From assembly GCA_965200315.1 (NCBI GenBank), contig OZ241362.1, positions 4,000,001-4,064,000 on the forward strand: a stretch of 64,000 nt of DNA. Direction: 5' to 3'. This document shows positions 20,530 to 30,528 of this stretch, piece by piece. The stretch's first letter is position 1. Every line of letters starts with the position of its first letter. The notes under the pieces were generated by a model, which saw nothing but the letters and a program-made list of their open reading frames with translations, made no database searches and had not been told where the DNA came from. This DNA comes from Candidatus Latescibacterota bacterium. Its GTDB lineage: Bacteria; Latescibacterota; UBA2968; UBA8231. A program made the position numbers and the translations under genes.

Positions 20530-22719
20530 CTAACGGCTTGCAGACTCATCCACGCGCAGCACTTCCAAAACGCCTTCGATGTGCTCGATTTGGTCTATAG
20601 CCTGGCGCAGTTGCTCGTTGTCGGCGACATCAATCCAGAAGTCCTGTTCGGCGATGTGGCTATCGGTGCGGGTAGTAGATTCGCGGATGTTGCAACCGAC
20701 GGTGCTGATCGCCCCCGAGATGTCCGCGAGCAAGGACTTGCGATCCCAACTGCGGGTGCGTAGCTGAACAGTAAAGGCTGGTTCGTCCGTCTGCTCCCAC
20801 TCGACCGCGAGCAGGCGGTCTGGTTCAGCGGAAATCCGGCCGATGTTGTAACAGTTGGTGCGGTGGACCGTGACGCCGCGGCCTCGGGTAACTAGGCCGA
20901 CAATCTCGTCGCCCGGGATGGGACCACAGCACTTACCAAATTGGATCATCAGGTTTTTCATGCCTTGGATACAGATGTCTCTGCGGTCTTGGGGCCGGAT
21001 CGTGCGCCGCTCGGGCTTGGGGGATGCGATTTTGCCGATGACCTTGCCGATTGACAGGTCTCCGTTGCCGAGGGCCGCGTAGAGATGCTCGGCGTCGCTG
21101 AACCCGAATTCCTCCGCCACGGCATCGAGGTTGGGTGGGTCGGCATCCTGACCGGGCCTCAATCCCCTGTCGAGCGCCTCCTTACCATGGCGCACGTTGT
21201 GATCGTATTGCTCCTCCCGCAGCCAGCGGCGAATGGCTTGGCGGGCCTTGGCGGTCTTGACTTGGTCCAGCCAAGCGAGGTTGGGCTTTTGCTGTGGCAC
21301 CGTGACGATTTCCACGGTTTGGCCGCTGCTCAAAGCCGCGCTTAGCGGCACGACGAGGTCGTTTACTTTGGCCGTCGCGCAGTGCAGCCCGATGTCGGTG
21401 TGGATGGCAAAGGCAAAATCAATCGGCGTGGCCCCCTTGGGCAACTGGTGTAGGTGGCCTTTGGGGGTGAAAACAAAGATCTCGTCTTGGGACGCGAGCT
21501 CGGTCTTCAGGTTTTCCATGAACTCGACCGGGTCTGTGGCTTCCTGTTGCCAGTCGAGGACTTGGTGCAGCCAACTCATGTGTTGGTTTAAATCGCCGGG
21601 AGCCTTGTCATTGGATTTGTAGCGCCAGTGAGCGGCGATGCCGATTTCAGCCGTGTGGTGCATCTGCGCGGTGCGGATTTGCACTTCGACGTATTGACCT
21701 TTGAGACCGATCACCGAAGTGTGCAGCGACTGGTACATGTTGCTCTTAGGAGTCGATATATAGTCTTTGATGCGTCCGGGGATAGGGGTGTAAATGTGGT
21801 GGACCCAGCCGAGGATTTGATAGCATTCGCGCGTGGTGTCGGTGATGATGCGTATGGCCAGCAGGTCGTAGATTTCTTCGAAGGGCTTACCGCGCGCCTG
21901 CATCTTATTGTAGATACTGTAGAAGTTCTTGGCTCGGCTCGTAAATTCGGCTTTAATGCCATTGGCGTGTAGGCACTCCTCAATTGGGACCTTGAATTCC
22001 TTTATATAGTCTTCGCGCTCTTGGCGCGTCATGGCCACGCTTTCGCGCAGATCTTGGTACGTTTTGGGTTCGAGGAACTTGAGGCTTTGGTCTTCGAGTT
22101 GCCAGCGGATCCGCGCCAACCCAAAGCGATGAGCGAGCGGCGCGTACACTTCGAGCGTTTCCCTTGCCGTGCGCTCGCGGGATTGGGAGCTTAGGTATTG
22201 GAGCGTGCGCATGTTGTGCAGCCGGTCGGCCAGCTTGATGAGAATGACGCGGATGTCCTTGACCGTGGAGATCAGCATCTTGCGGTAGGTCTCAGCTTGG
22301 CGCACCTCGCGGCTTTCGTATGTTATCTGATCGATTTTGGTAACCCCGGCGATCAGTTCGGCGATCTCTTCGCCAAATTGCTTGGCAACCTCCTCATGCG
22401 TAGCTGGCGTATCCTCAACTACATCGTGCAACAGTCCGGCTGCAACTGTGGTGTGATCCAAGCCCAACTGGGCGAGGAGCCGAGCCACTTCGACGCAATG
22501 GGCTAAGAACGGCTCGCCGGACTTGCGGATCTGTCCCTTGTGATGCTCTTTGGCGAAGTAATAGGCGCGGTTGAGCAGCTCAAAATCGGCCTGGTCGTTG
22601 CAGGAGGAGACCTCAATCAGCAGCATTGACAGCCGCAGTTCGTCGCTCCCCTGCTTAACGAGTTCGTCCAAGTAGGTATTAGGAAGGGCCGCAAGAGGTA
22701 TGGGAGTGGTTTCGGTCAT
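20530..22719 (-). CDS. relA: Bifunctional (p)ppGpp synthetase/hydrolase Rel/SpoT
   Basis: RKSGEPF, HDVVED, KLADRLHNMRT, YQSLHT, EVQIRT, TGS (ATPIDFAF), CC-RIS and ACT domains. Confidence 0.96.
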   Translation of the reverse strand: MTETTPIPLAALPNTYLDELVKQGSDELRLSMLLIEVSSCNDQADFELLNRAYYFAKEHHKGQIRKSGEPFLAHCVEVARLLAQLGLDHTTVAAGLLHDVVEDTPATHEEVAKQFGEEIAELIAGVTKIDQITYESREVRQAETYRKMLISTVKDIRVILIKLADRLHNMRTLQYLSSQSRERTARETLEVYAPLAHRFGLARIRWQLEDQSLKFLEPKTYQDLRESVAMTRQEREDYIKEFKVPIEECLHANGIKAEFTSRAKNFYSIYNKMQARGKPFEEIYDLLAIRIITDTTRECYQILGWVHHIYTPIPGRIKDYISTPKSNMYQSLHTSVIGLKGQYVEVQIRTAQMHHTAEIGIAAHWRYKSNDKAPGDLNQHMSWLHQVLDWQQEATDPVEFMENLKTELASQDEIFVFTPKGHLHQLPKGATPIDFAFAIHTDIGLHCATAKVNDLVVPLSAALSSGQTVEIVTVPQQKPNLAWLDQVKTAKARQAIRRWLREEQYDHNVRHGKEALDRGLRPGQDADPPNLDAVAEEFGFSDAEHLYAALGNGDLSIGKVIGKIASPKPERRTIRPQDRRDICIQGMKNLMIQFGKCCGPIPGDEIVGLVTRGRGVTVHRTNCYNIGRISAEPDRLLAVEWEQTDEPAFTVQLRTRSWDRKSLLADISGAISTVGCNIRESTTRTDSHIAEQDFWIDVADNEQLRQAIDQIEHIEGVLEVLRVDESASR

Positions 22720-22838
22720 GTGATCTTTCGCTATCTACTTGCCCGTCAATATAAACAAGCATATAAAAAGAAAACAAGTACATACAAGCAGAGTTTGCAC
22801 GCGTTGTAGGAGCGACGTTAAAATTAAAAGGACGCAGG

Positions 22839-23228
22839 ATGCGGTGGCTAAATACCGAAAACGCACCGGCGCTGACGCGAGCGGATAAAATCCTCGCGCT
22901 CGTCGTGGGCTTGAGTGCGATCGGGCTGGTACTTTACGGCCGCTATACAGCCGAAGCCGGCGGCCTGCTCATCGTCGAGTTGGCCGAGGCCGCGCCCGCC
23001 ACTCATGCCCTCTCAAATTACGGGGTCTTGCCGGTTGTAGGACCTTTGGGAGTGAGCGATATCGAGATCGGGCCCAAAGGCGTGCGCGTACTTTCCGCAC
23101 CCTGCGTCTACAAGATCTGCATGCGGCAGGGCTGGATGCAGCGAGCAGGCGATGTGGCTGTGTGCATACCCAATGGCCTAGTGCTGAGGATCGCTGGTGC
23201 CGCGCCCATAGACGCGATGATTCGCTGA
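22839..23228 (+). CDS. NusG domain II (DUF1312) family membrane-anchored protein
   Basis: N-terminal TM helix; GPLG, APCVYKIC..GW..VCIPN pattern. Confidence 0.8.
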   Translation: MRWLNTENAPALTRADKILALVVGLSAIGLVLYGRYTAEAGGLLIVELAEAAPATHALSNYGVLPVVGPLGVSDIEIGPKGVRVLSAPCVYKICMRQGWMQRAGDVAVCIPNGLVLRIAGAAPIDAMIR

Positions 23229-23752
23229 TGTTTGCGCACCCTAGAGACGTGGCCCGTTTGGGGCTTATGGCCAGTGCGGCAATCGTGCTCTTCGCCTTTG
23301 AATCGCTAGTGCCCAAACCCTTGCCTTGGATGAAGTTGGGACTCGGCAATTTGCCGGTTGTGGTCGCGCTAGTGAGCTTTGGCGGCGGTCCGGCGTTGGC
23401 CGTTAGTACCATCAAGCTCGTAGTCGGCGGCTTGCTCAGCGGGGGGTTTGCAAGTCCGGCCTTTGTCATTGGCGGCGGGGCTGGCTTGGCGAGTTGGCTG
23501 GTCATGGTTGCGGTCCGCCGCATGGGAGCGCGGCTTTTCAGCGTCGTGGGCCTGAGCATCTGGGGCGCGTTGGCTCACCAGCTCAGCCAGCTCGCTCTCG
23601 CCGCTGGTTATATAGGCCACAGCGGTCTGTTCGCGCTTTTGCCGCTGGCCTTGTTCAGCGCTCTGGTGAGCGGAGGGGCGATTGGCCTGTTGGCTTGGTG
23701 GACCTTGGAACAATTGGAGAAAATAGGCTGGTTGGACCAAGGTCAGTTATAG
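23228..23752 (+). CDS. Gx transporter family protein (so-called heptaprenyl diphosphate synthase component I)
   Basis: ESLVPKPLPWMKLGLGN, FSVVGLSIWGALAHQ; ATG overlaps the upstream TGA. Confidence 0.8.
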   Translation: MFAHPRDVARLGLMASAAIVLFAFESLVPKPLPWMKLGLGNLPVVVALVSFGGGPALAVSTIKLVVGGLLSGGFASPAFVIGGGAGLASWLVMVAVRRMGARLFSVVGLSIWGALAHQLSQLALAAGYIGHSGLFALLPLALFSALVSGGAIGLLAWWTLEQLEKIGWLDQGQL

Positions 23753-23782
23753 TTATAAATGTATAGACTTTAGGTCGTTTCA

Positions 23783-25741
23783 ATGGACTTGCCCCAAAAG
23801 CCTACCTTGCAAACCGAGCCGGTCTTCAGCGCCAAAGCGCTGATGGCGGGCACCCTAGGGTCGCTGTGCATCGCCGTGGGAGCACCGTACGGCAACATGG
23901 TCATCCGCGGCTCCTACATGTCGATTGATTTCAGCGCCGCGGGTGCCCTGTTCCTTTTCTTCTTATTAACGGGCCTGTTCAACGCCTTGCTGGCGCGCTT
24001 CGTCGCCCCTATAGCCCTCGGTCGCTGCGAGCTCATCGTCGCGTACATTATGATGCTCACGGCCTCGGCCATCCCCACGATGGGCCTCAGCGAGTACTGG
24101 CTGACGATCATCACCGGTGCCCAGTACTACGCCACCCCGGAAAACGAGTGGGCCTTGCTCATCCTGCCGCACCTTCCCGAGTGGATCGCACCACAGGACC
24201 CCGAGGCGATCAAGTGGTTTTACGAAGGAGCACCGCGCACCGCTGGGGTGCCTTGGGCCGCTTGGAGCGGCCCGCTGTGCTATTGGGCCATTCTCATCGT
24301 AGCCCTGTACTTGGTGATGATCTCGTCTATGGTCATTCTGCGCCGCCAGTGGGTGGAGCGGGAGCGGCTAGTTTATCCGCTGGTACAAGTGCCCCTAGCC
24401 ATGGTGCAGAGCGGAGGTCGCGGAGAAACCCTAGGCCCTTTCTTCAAAAATCCTATCATGTGGATCGGCTTTGCCCTGCCCGTGCTCGTCAGTAGCCTCA
24501 ACGCCCTACACGCGTACTTCAACTTCATCCCCGCCATCCAGCTCGTCTCCTCGGTGCCGATCCTGCGCAACACCGTCAGCCTAATTTTCCGCCTGAGCTT
24601 TCCCATGGTCGGGTTCGCCTATCTAATCAACCTCGACATCGCCTTCAGCCTGTGGTTTTTCAACACCATCGCCAAGCTGATCCGCGGGGGGCTGGGCGTT
24701 TTAGGGGTTGGCAGCACCGAAAAGCTGGGCATCTACGGCGCTCCTAGCGAGCCAATTCTCGCCCACCAAGGGCAGGGAGCGATGATCGTCTTAGTGTTCT
24801 TCGGTCTGTGGATCGGCCGCGAGCACCTGCGCGACGTGCTGCGCAAGGCATTCCGGGGCGACAACTGCATCGATGACAGCGGCGAGATGCTATCCTATCG
24901 GGCAGCGGTCTTAACTTGGCTCGCCGGAGTCGCGGTGATGACCATCTGGCTGTGGCAGTCCGGCCTGTCGCTGTGGGTGGCCTTTTTGACCCTGATGCTG
25001 GCCATCCTTATTTTCGTCGGCCTAACTCGAGTGGTAGTAGAGGGAGGCGTGGCAGCGGCGGTCGGGCCGATGATTTCTTCGTCGGCTTTGGTCTCGGCTG
25101 TAGGCTCTTCGGCGATCGGGCCGGCGGGCATGGTGGGCCTCGCGTACACTTATGTGTGGGCGGCGGATATCCGCACGTTTGTCATGGCTTCCTGCGCGCA
25201 CGGTCTCAAGCTAGGCGAGGAGTTGGGGCCGCGGCTACGCCCGCTTTTTTGGTATATGCTGCTGGCGATTGTTGTCAGCATTGTCGGCTCGGTCGCAGCA
25301 ATTTTGTACCTCGCCTACGAATACGGCGGCATCAACCTCAACGCGTGGTTTTTTGGTGGTGGAACTCGCGCCCCTTTTGATTATATTACCACCAAGTTAA
25401 GCGCACCCACCGAGCCGAATATTGATGGCTGGATTCACACTTTTATCGGCGGGGGCATTATGGCCCTGCTCATGTGGGCGCGCCAGCAGCTCTTGTGGTG
25501 GCCTCTGCATCCCATTGGATACCCCATTGGTGCCGTATGGCTGATGGACCAGTTGTGGTTTAGCATTGCCCTCGCTTGGCTCTTAAAGTTGTTGGCGATG
25601 AAATACGGCGGTCCCAGTCTTTTTCGCCGGGCGCGTCCTTTCTTCTTGGGCCTAATCATAGGCCAGTTTTTCATCGCCGGGCTCTGGTTGATTATCGACT
25701 TTTTTACGGGCATGACCGACAATGTGGTCTTCTGGATCTGA
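23783..25741 (+). CDS. Polytopic membrane protein, DUF6785/DUF6784-type
   Basis: Many hydrophobic segments; RRQWVERERLVYPL, SLWFF, WWPLHPIGY, KYGG..RPFFLGLIIG motifs. Confidence 0.8.
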   Translation: MDLPQKPTLQTEPVFSAKALMAGTLGSLCIAVGAPYGNMVIRGSYMSIDFSAAGALFLFFLLTGLFNALLARFVAPIALGRCELIVAYIMMLTASAIPTMGLSEYWLTIITGAQYYATPENEWALLILPHLPEWIAPQDPEAIKWFYEGAPRTAGVPWAAWSGPLCYWAILIVALYLVMISSMVILRRQWVERERLVYPLVQVPLAMVQSGGRGETLGPFFKNPIMWIGFALPVLVSSLNALHAYFNFIPAIQLVSSVPILRNTVSLIFRLSFPMVGFAYLINLDIAFSLWFFNTIAKLIRGGLGVLGVGSTEKLGIYGAPSEPILAHQGQGAMIVLVFFGLWIGREHLRDVLRKAFRGDNCIDDSGEMLSYRAAVLTWLAGVAVMTIWLWQSGLSLWVAFLTLMLAILIFVGLTRVVVEGGVAAAVGPMISSSALVSAVGSSAIGPAGMVGLAYTYVWAADIRTFVMASCAHGLKLGEELGPRLRPLFWYMLLAIVVSIVGSVAAILYLAYEYGGINLNAWFFGGGTRAPFDYITTKLSAPTEPNIDGWIHTFIGGGIMALLMWARQQLLWWPLHPIGYPIGAVWLMDQLWFSIALAWLLKLLAMKYGGPSLFRRARPFFLGLIIGQFFIAGLWLIIDFFTGMTDNVVFWI

Positions 25742-25757
25742 GAAAGGCGTTACAATT

Positions 25758-28700
25758 ATGCCTAAGTTCGCGATGCGGTGGATGGTCTTCGGCTGGATTT
25801 TGGTCGGCGCAGCACTGGCCCCCGCGGACGCCGGGGTCGATTTTGCCGAGCTGGCGCACACGGCCCCGGTCGAGCGCGTACAGCAAACGATGGACACCTT
25901 TGCCGGCTTGGGATCTAGAGTCGCCGGCTATCGAGGCGCCGAGCAAGCGGCCCAGATCGTACAGGAGCGCTTCCGCGCCATCGGCCTCGACGACGTCACA
26001 GTACACGAATACGATGTCTCTATTCCGGTCGATAAGGGCGGATTTCTGCAAGTAGTTGGCAGCGACGAACAAGTGCCAATCCACGGCCTGTGGCCCAACC
26101 TCGTCAAAACCTCGACGCTGCCCGAAGGCGGGATGCCCCGGCGCTTGATAGACGCTGGCGCGGGTGAGTACGCGGACATGGACGGCAAGCAAGTAGAAGG
26201 GTCTGTGGCCCTGATGGACTTCAATTCGGGCGACGCTTGGCTCAATGCCGCTTACCTCGGGGCGCAGGCCATCGTCTTTATCGAGCCGGATTCCACCGTG
26301 TACTTGGAGGGAGAAAAGAAGTTCCTCACCATGCCGCTCGACCTGCCGAGGTTCTGGGTCAATCGCCAAACCGGTCAGCACTTGCGTCACCAGTTGGCGA
26401 CCGAGGGCGAGCAGACGCTCCACCTACAGTACCGCATGGATTGGGAGCGGCGTCCCGCTTGGAATATCCTCGGCACGATTCCCGGATACGATCCCTTACT
26501 GAAAGAAGACGTGATCGTGCTAGAGGCGTACTACGACGCCATGTCAGTAGTGCCGGCCCTCGCCCCAGGTGCCGAGCAAGCCTCTGGCATTACTGCGTTG
26601 TTGGAACTGGCGCGCTATTTCCGTGCGAACCCGCCGGCGCGCACAGTCGTATTCCTCGCCACTTCGGCCCACCACTTGGGCTTGCGCGGGGTCGATGATT
26701 TCATCCAGCGCTACTTGCGCAAAGAGGACCCCTTTATCGAGCACATGCTGGTGAGGCGGGTCGTCGATGCTGCACTCGCACGGAACATGATCGCCCAAGA
26801 CGGCATTCACTACTCCATCGGCGAGGAGGAATTCACCGGTAAGGAATCCCTCGTGCGGGGCGTTGCCGAAGGGCGCACCAACTTGGCCGCGCACGTTGCC
26901 GACGCCGCGCTCGCCGAAGGGCTGCTGAGCCAAGAAGGAGGCGCATTACACGTCGCCGACGAGCAATTCAAAGATCGCGACGAACTGGTCGATGAGTTGC
27001 ATTCGGACGACGACTTGCGCCTCGCGCTCTACAAAACTTGGGTCGATCCCAAAGTCGATTCGCTCGCGGTCAAGCTCTTTATCAGCCTCGACCTTTCGTC
27101 GCAGACCGACGAGCTCGGAGTCTGGAACAGCAATACCAGTTTTTACTACAAGCGCTACTTCGCGCCCTTCGGCAAAAACTTCATGGGTTATGCGCGCAAG
27201 ATCAGCCGCGAGTTGGATTACCAGCGGCGCGACGTGCTAGTCAATGGCATCAGCCCCGAAGGCGGGATGAGTTGGCAAACCTTTGTACCAGGCGAAATAT
27301 CGGTCAACAGCGAATTGGTGTTGGCGACAGGTACGCCGGCGTTGGCCTTTGTCACTGTCAACGACGCACGTTTCCTCGTCGATACGCCCTTAGACCGGGC
27401 CGAGCACGTCAACTACGCCAATCTCGCCAAACAGATCCGGGTGCTCGCCGGCATGTTTGAGATGGCCTTTGAAGACCCAGAGCTTTTCCCGGACTTCAAG
27501 ATGCGCTTGCGCGACACGCTGCGCTCGCTGCGCGGCCGGACTATGGTCTTTCCGCGCCGCAGTATCATCCCCGACTTGCCGCGTGCAGACGCCGTAGCCG
27601 TGGTGCGCAACGGCAAGAAAAAGTCGTATAAAGGCGTGCGCGGCGAGTACTACGAAGTCGTCGATGATAAAGGGGCCTTTTACGTAAATCGGGTGCGGGT
27701 CAATAACGTGCAGATCGAGGGCTACTACATGGACCCGATCACCGGCCGCATCACCTACGCCCCCGACCGCGGCGTACAAGGCGACGAAAGCTACCCGATG
27801 CGGGTCTCCATGGATTGGCGCGACAAGCAATGGATGGTCATTCTCTTCCCCTGCGTACCCTACAACTTTTTCGATATCGTCGATCCACGCTATCTGACCA
27901 AGCTGTCCAACGTGCAGGTCTTCGACGAGACCAACAGCGCACCCGTGGAGTACGGTTATACCATCGGCGAAGGCCCTTCGGCCCAAAACGAGCCGGTCGG
28001 GGTGCTCTTCGCACGGCCTGGTTCGCACATCAAGATGGGGTTCGGTGCTGGCTTGCTGGGATTCCGCTCGCTCCTGCTCAACGCCACCAGCGTAACCGAC
28101 AAGGAAAAGGCCGAGGGCGAGGGCTTTGAGATCCGCCCTGGTACTTCCTTTGCCCGCACGACCTTTCAAGCTGCCCAAGATATGTGGAATCTCGACGAGT
28201 CGCGAATGCGCGAGCTGCGGAGCTTTGCCATTGAAAACCAGCGCCTCAACGACCTCCACTATCGCGCCGAAGCCGAGCTAACCCAAGCCGCCGAGGCTGA
28301 GACTGAGCAGCGCTGGGGCGATTTCGTGCGCCACACGCGCGCGGCCTTCGGGCTGGAGTCGCGCGCCTATCCAGACGTCAAATCCACCCAAAACGACGTC
28401 ATTCAGGGCATTATCTTCTTTATGGCCCTCGTCATTCCCTGCGCCTTTTTTACTGAGCGGCTCATTTTTACGGCGGCCACGATCCGCAATCAGATCATCG
28501 GCTTTGTCGGGGTTTTCCTAGCGATCTGGATCGTGCTGTGGCTGGTGCATCCGGCCTTTCAGCTATCCAATCCCTTCGTCATTCTGCTGGCCTTTATCAT
28601 CATCGCCTTGGCAGTACTGGTGATGTCGATCATCTCCGGCCGCTTTAACGAGCAGATGAAGAAGCTGCGCACCGAGGTAGCCGTGATCCACGACACGGAC

Positions 28701-30515
28701 GTCAGCCGCTCTTCGGCCTCGCTGACGGCCTTCCAGCTCGGGATTTCCAACATGAAGCGGCGCAAGACGCGCACGGTCCTCACCTTTACCACGCTCTTGC
28801 TGCTGACCTTTACGGTGCTCTCCTTCACCTCCATCCGCACGGGCTTGCGGTTCAATCAAATCAGCCGCGACAACGAGGGGCTCTACGAGGGCATCCTCAT
28901 CCGCAGCAAGGCGTGGAATCCAATGGAGGATTCAGTCCTCGAATACGCCCGCAGCAATTTCGGCGATCGGGCCGCGGTCGCGCCGCGCAGTTGGTACAGC
29001 AATAAAGCCAAAGCGCACATCAAAATAAAACACGGGGAAAAGGCCCATAACGCGCTCGGCGTCCTAGGTTTAGCGCCCGAGGAGACTCAAGTCACTCGGC
29101 TCAACCAAGCCCTAGTCGCCGGCCGCTGGTTTGAACCGGGCGAGGACAAGGCCTGCATCCTGCCCATCGACATGGTCAAGGAGGCCCATCTCAATGTCGA
29201 TTTGGCCGACGTTGGCCAAGCGCAAGTCCGGGTCTTCGGCGACTTGTTCACGGTGGTGGGCGTCATCGACTCTAAGCGCATGAAGGACCTCAAAGACCTC
29301 GACGACGAAATCTTGACACCGGCCGACTTCGCCGTCACTGGCGGTCAGGCGGTGCAGGAAATAGCCGAGGAAGAACAGCGCGAGAAACAAGGTCTGGAGG
29401 ACGCCAAGGTCGTCATCAAACCCTTCGTCCACATAGAGCCAGCCAACACCCTAATTATTCCCTACCACACGCTGCGCAACGTCGGCAGCGGCAACCCGCT
29501 ACAGTCGGTAGCCGTGCGCTTCCCCGAGGGCAGCGATGTGCGCGGCGAGGTCGAGGATTTCCTCTCGCGCCTCGCGGTAACGCTGTTCGCCGGAGTCAAG
29601 GAGGCCGGCGATGAATACATCAAAGTGTCGATCTATTCATCGCTGGGCATGACCTCCTTTTCCGGAATGAGCAATTTGTTCATCCCCATGCTGATCGCCT
29701 CGCTTATTGTGCTCAACACCATGATGGGTAGCGTGTACGAGCGCTTCCGCGAAATAGGCATCTATTCCTCGGTGGGCCTAGCCCCCGGCCACATCTCTTG
29801 GCTCTTTATCGCCGAAAGTTGCGTCTATTCGGTGCTGGGCGTGGTCGCCGGTTATCTCAGCGGCCAAGTAATCGCCAAAGTGCTCATCGAATTCGACCTT
29901 TTGGGTGGCTTCACGCTCAACTACTCCTCAGTGGCTGCGGTGCTCTCCTGTATGCTGGTGATGGCCGTGGTCATGCTCTCGACGATCTATCCAGCGCGCA
30001 AGGCTTCGCAAATGGCCGTACCAGACGTGACCCGCAAGTGGAAGCTGCCGCCGCCCGACGGCGACCAGTGGGATTTCGAGTTCCCCTTTACGGTCAGCGG
30101 CCACGAGGTCTTGGGCTTGAGCGTATTCCTCATCGGCTACTTCGACTCCTACAGCGAGGAATCCATCGGCACCTTCTACACCGACGGTGCCCAGCTAAAC
30201 CGCGAAGAAACGCCCAACGGCGAAGGATACATTATCGACATGAATATATGGCTGGCTCCTTTCGACTTGGGCGTCAGCCAACACGTCACCGTGCAGGCCA
30301 TGCCAGAGGCCGAACACAACATCTACTCAGTCGGCCTGCAAATCAAGCGACTCAGCGGCGAGGATGCCTCGTGGCGGCGGGTCAACCAGCGCTTTATGAA
30401 CGTCATTCGCAAACAGTTCCTCATCTGGCGCACAGTGGATGCCGAGGCCAAAGAAGGCTACCGCCAACAGGGCGCGGAAATTCTGCAAGGGCTGCGCAGC
30501 GAAGTGTCGGCGTAA
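25758..30515 (+). CDS. PA/M28 peptidase-like ectodomain fused to a MacB/FtsX-type permease (1585 aa)
   Basis: Signal peptide; SRVAGYRG, PA-like region, AYYD..APGAEQASG; TM bundle; NMKRRKTRTVLT, FTVVGV and NTMMGSVYERFREIGIYSSVGL..YPARKAS (FtsX); start MPKFAM. Confidence 0.85.
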   Translation: MPKFAMRWMVFGWILVGAALAPADAGVDFAELAHTAPVERVQQTMDTFAGLGSRVAGYRGAEQAAQIVQERFRAIGLDDVTVHEYDVSIPVDKGGFLQVVGSDEQVPIHGLWPNLVKTSTLPEGGMPRRLIDAGAGEYADMDGKQVEGSVALMDFNSGDAWLNAAYLGAQAIVFIEPDSTVYLEGEKKFLTMPLDLPRFWVNRQTGQHLRHQLATEGEQTLHLQYRMDWERRPAWNILGTIPGYDPLLKEDVIVLEAYYDAMSVVPALAPGAEQASGITALLELARYFRANPPARTVVFLATSAHHLGLRGVDDFIQRYLRKEDPFIEHMLVRRVVDAALARNMIAQDGIHYSIGEEEFTGKESLVRGVAEGRTNLAAHVADAALAEGLLSQEGGALHVADEQFKDRDELVDELHSDDDLRLALYKTWVDPKVDSLAVKLFISLDLSSQTDELGVWNSNTSFYYKRYFAPFGKNFMGYARKISRELDYQRRDVLVNGISPEGGMSWQTFVPGEISVNSELVLATGTPALAFVTVNDARFLVDTPLDRAEHVNYANLAKQIRVLAGMFEMAFEDPELFPDFKMRLRDTLRSLRGRTMVFPRRSIIPDLPRADAVAVVRNGKKKSYKGVRGEYYEVVDDKGAFYVNRVRVNNVQIEGYYMDPITGRITYAPDRGVQGDESYPMRVSMDWRDKQWMVILFPCVPYNFFDIVDPRYLTKLSNVQVFDETNSAPVEYGYTIGEGPSAQNEPVGVLFARPGSHIKMGFGAGLLGFRSLLLNATSVTDKEKAEGEGFEIRPGTSFARTTFQAAQDMWNLDESRMRELRSFAIENQRLNDLHYRAEAELTQAAEAETEQRWGDFVRHTRAAFGLESRAYPDVKSTQNDVIQGIIFFMALVIPCAFFTERLIFTAATIRNQIIGFVGVFLAIWIVLWLVHPAFQLSNPFVILLAFIIIALAVLVMSIISGRFNEQMKKLRTEVAVIHDTDVSRSSASLTAFQLGISNMKRRKTRTVLTFTTLLLLTFTVLSFTSIRTGLRFNQISRDNEGLYEGILIRSKAWNPMEDSVLEYARSNFGDRAAVAPRSWYSNKAKAHIKIKHGEKAHNALGVLGLAPEETQVTRLNQALVAGRWFEPGEDKACILPIDMVKEAHLNVDLADVGQAQVRVFGDLFTVVGVIDSKRMKDLKDLDDEILTPADFAVTGGQAVQEIAEEEQREKQGLEDAKVVIKPFVHIEPANTLIIPYHTLRNVGSGNPLQSVAVRFPEGSDVRGEVEDFLSRLAVTLFAGVKEAGDEYIKVSIYSSLGMTSFSGMSNLFIPMLIASLIVLNTMMGSVYERFREIGIYSSVGLAPGHISWLFIAESCVYSVLGVVAGYLSGQVIAKVLIEFDLLGGFTLNYSSVAAVLSCMLVMAVVMLSTIYPARKASQMAVPDVTRKWKLPPPDGDQWDFEFPFTVSGHEVLGLSVFLIGYFDSYSEESIGTFYTDGAQLNREETPNGEGYIIDMNIWLAPFDLGVSQHVTVQAMPEAEHNIYSVGLQIKRLSGEDASWRRVNQRFMNVIRKQFLIWRTVDAEAKEGYRQQGAEILQGLRSEVSA

Positions 30516-30528
30516 GGGAGGATAGCGA

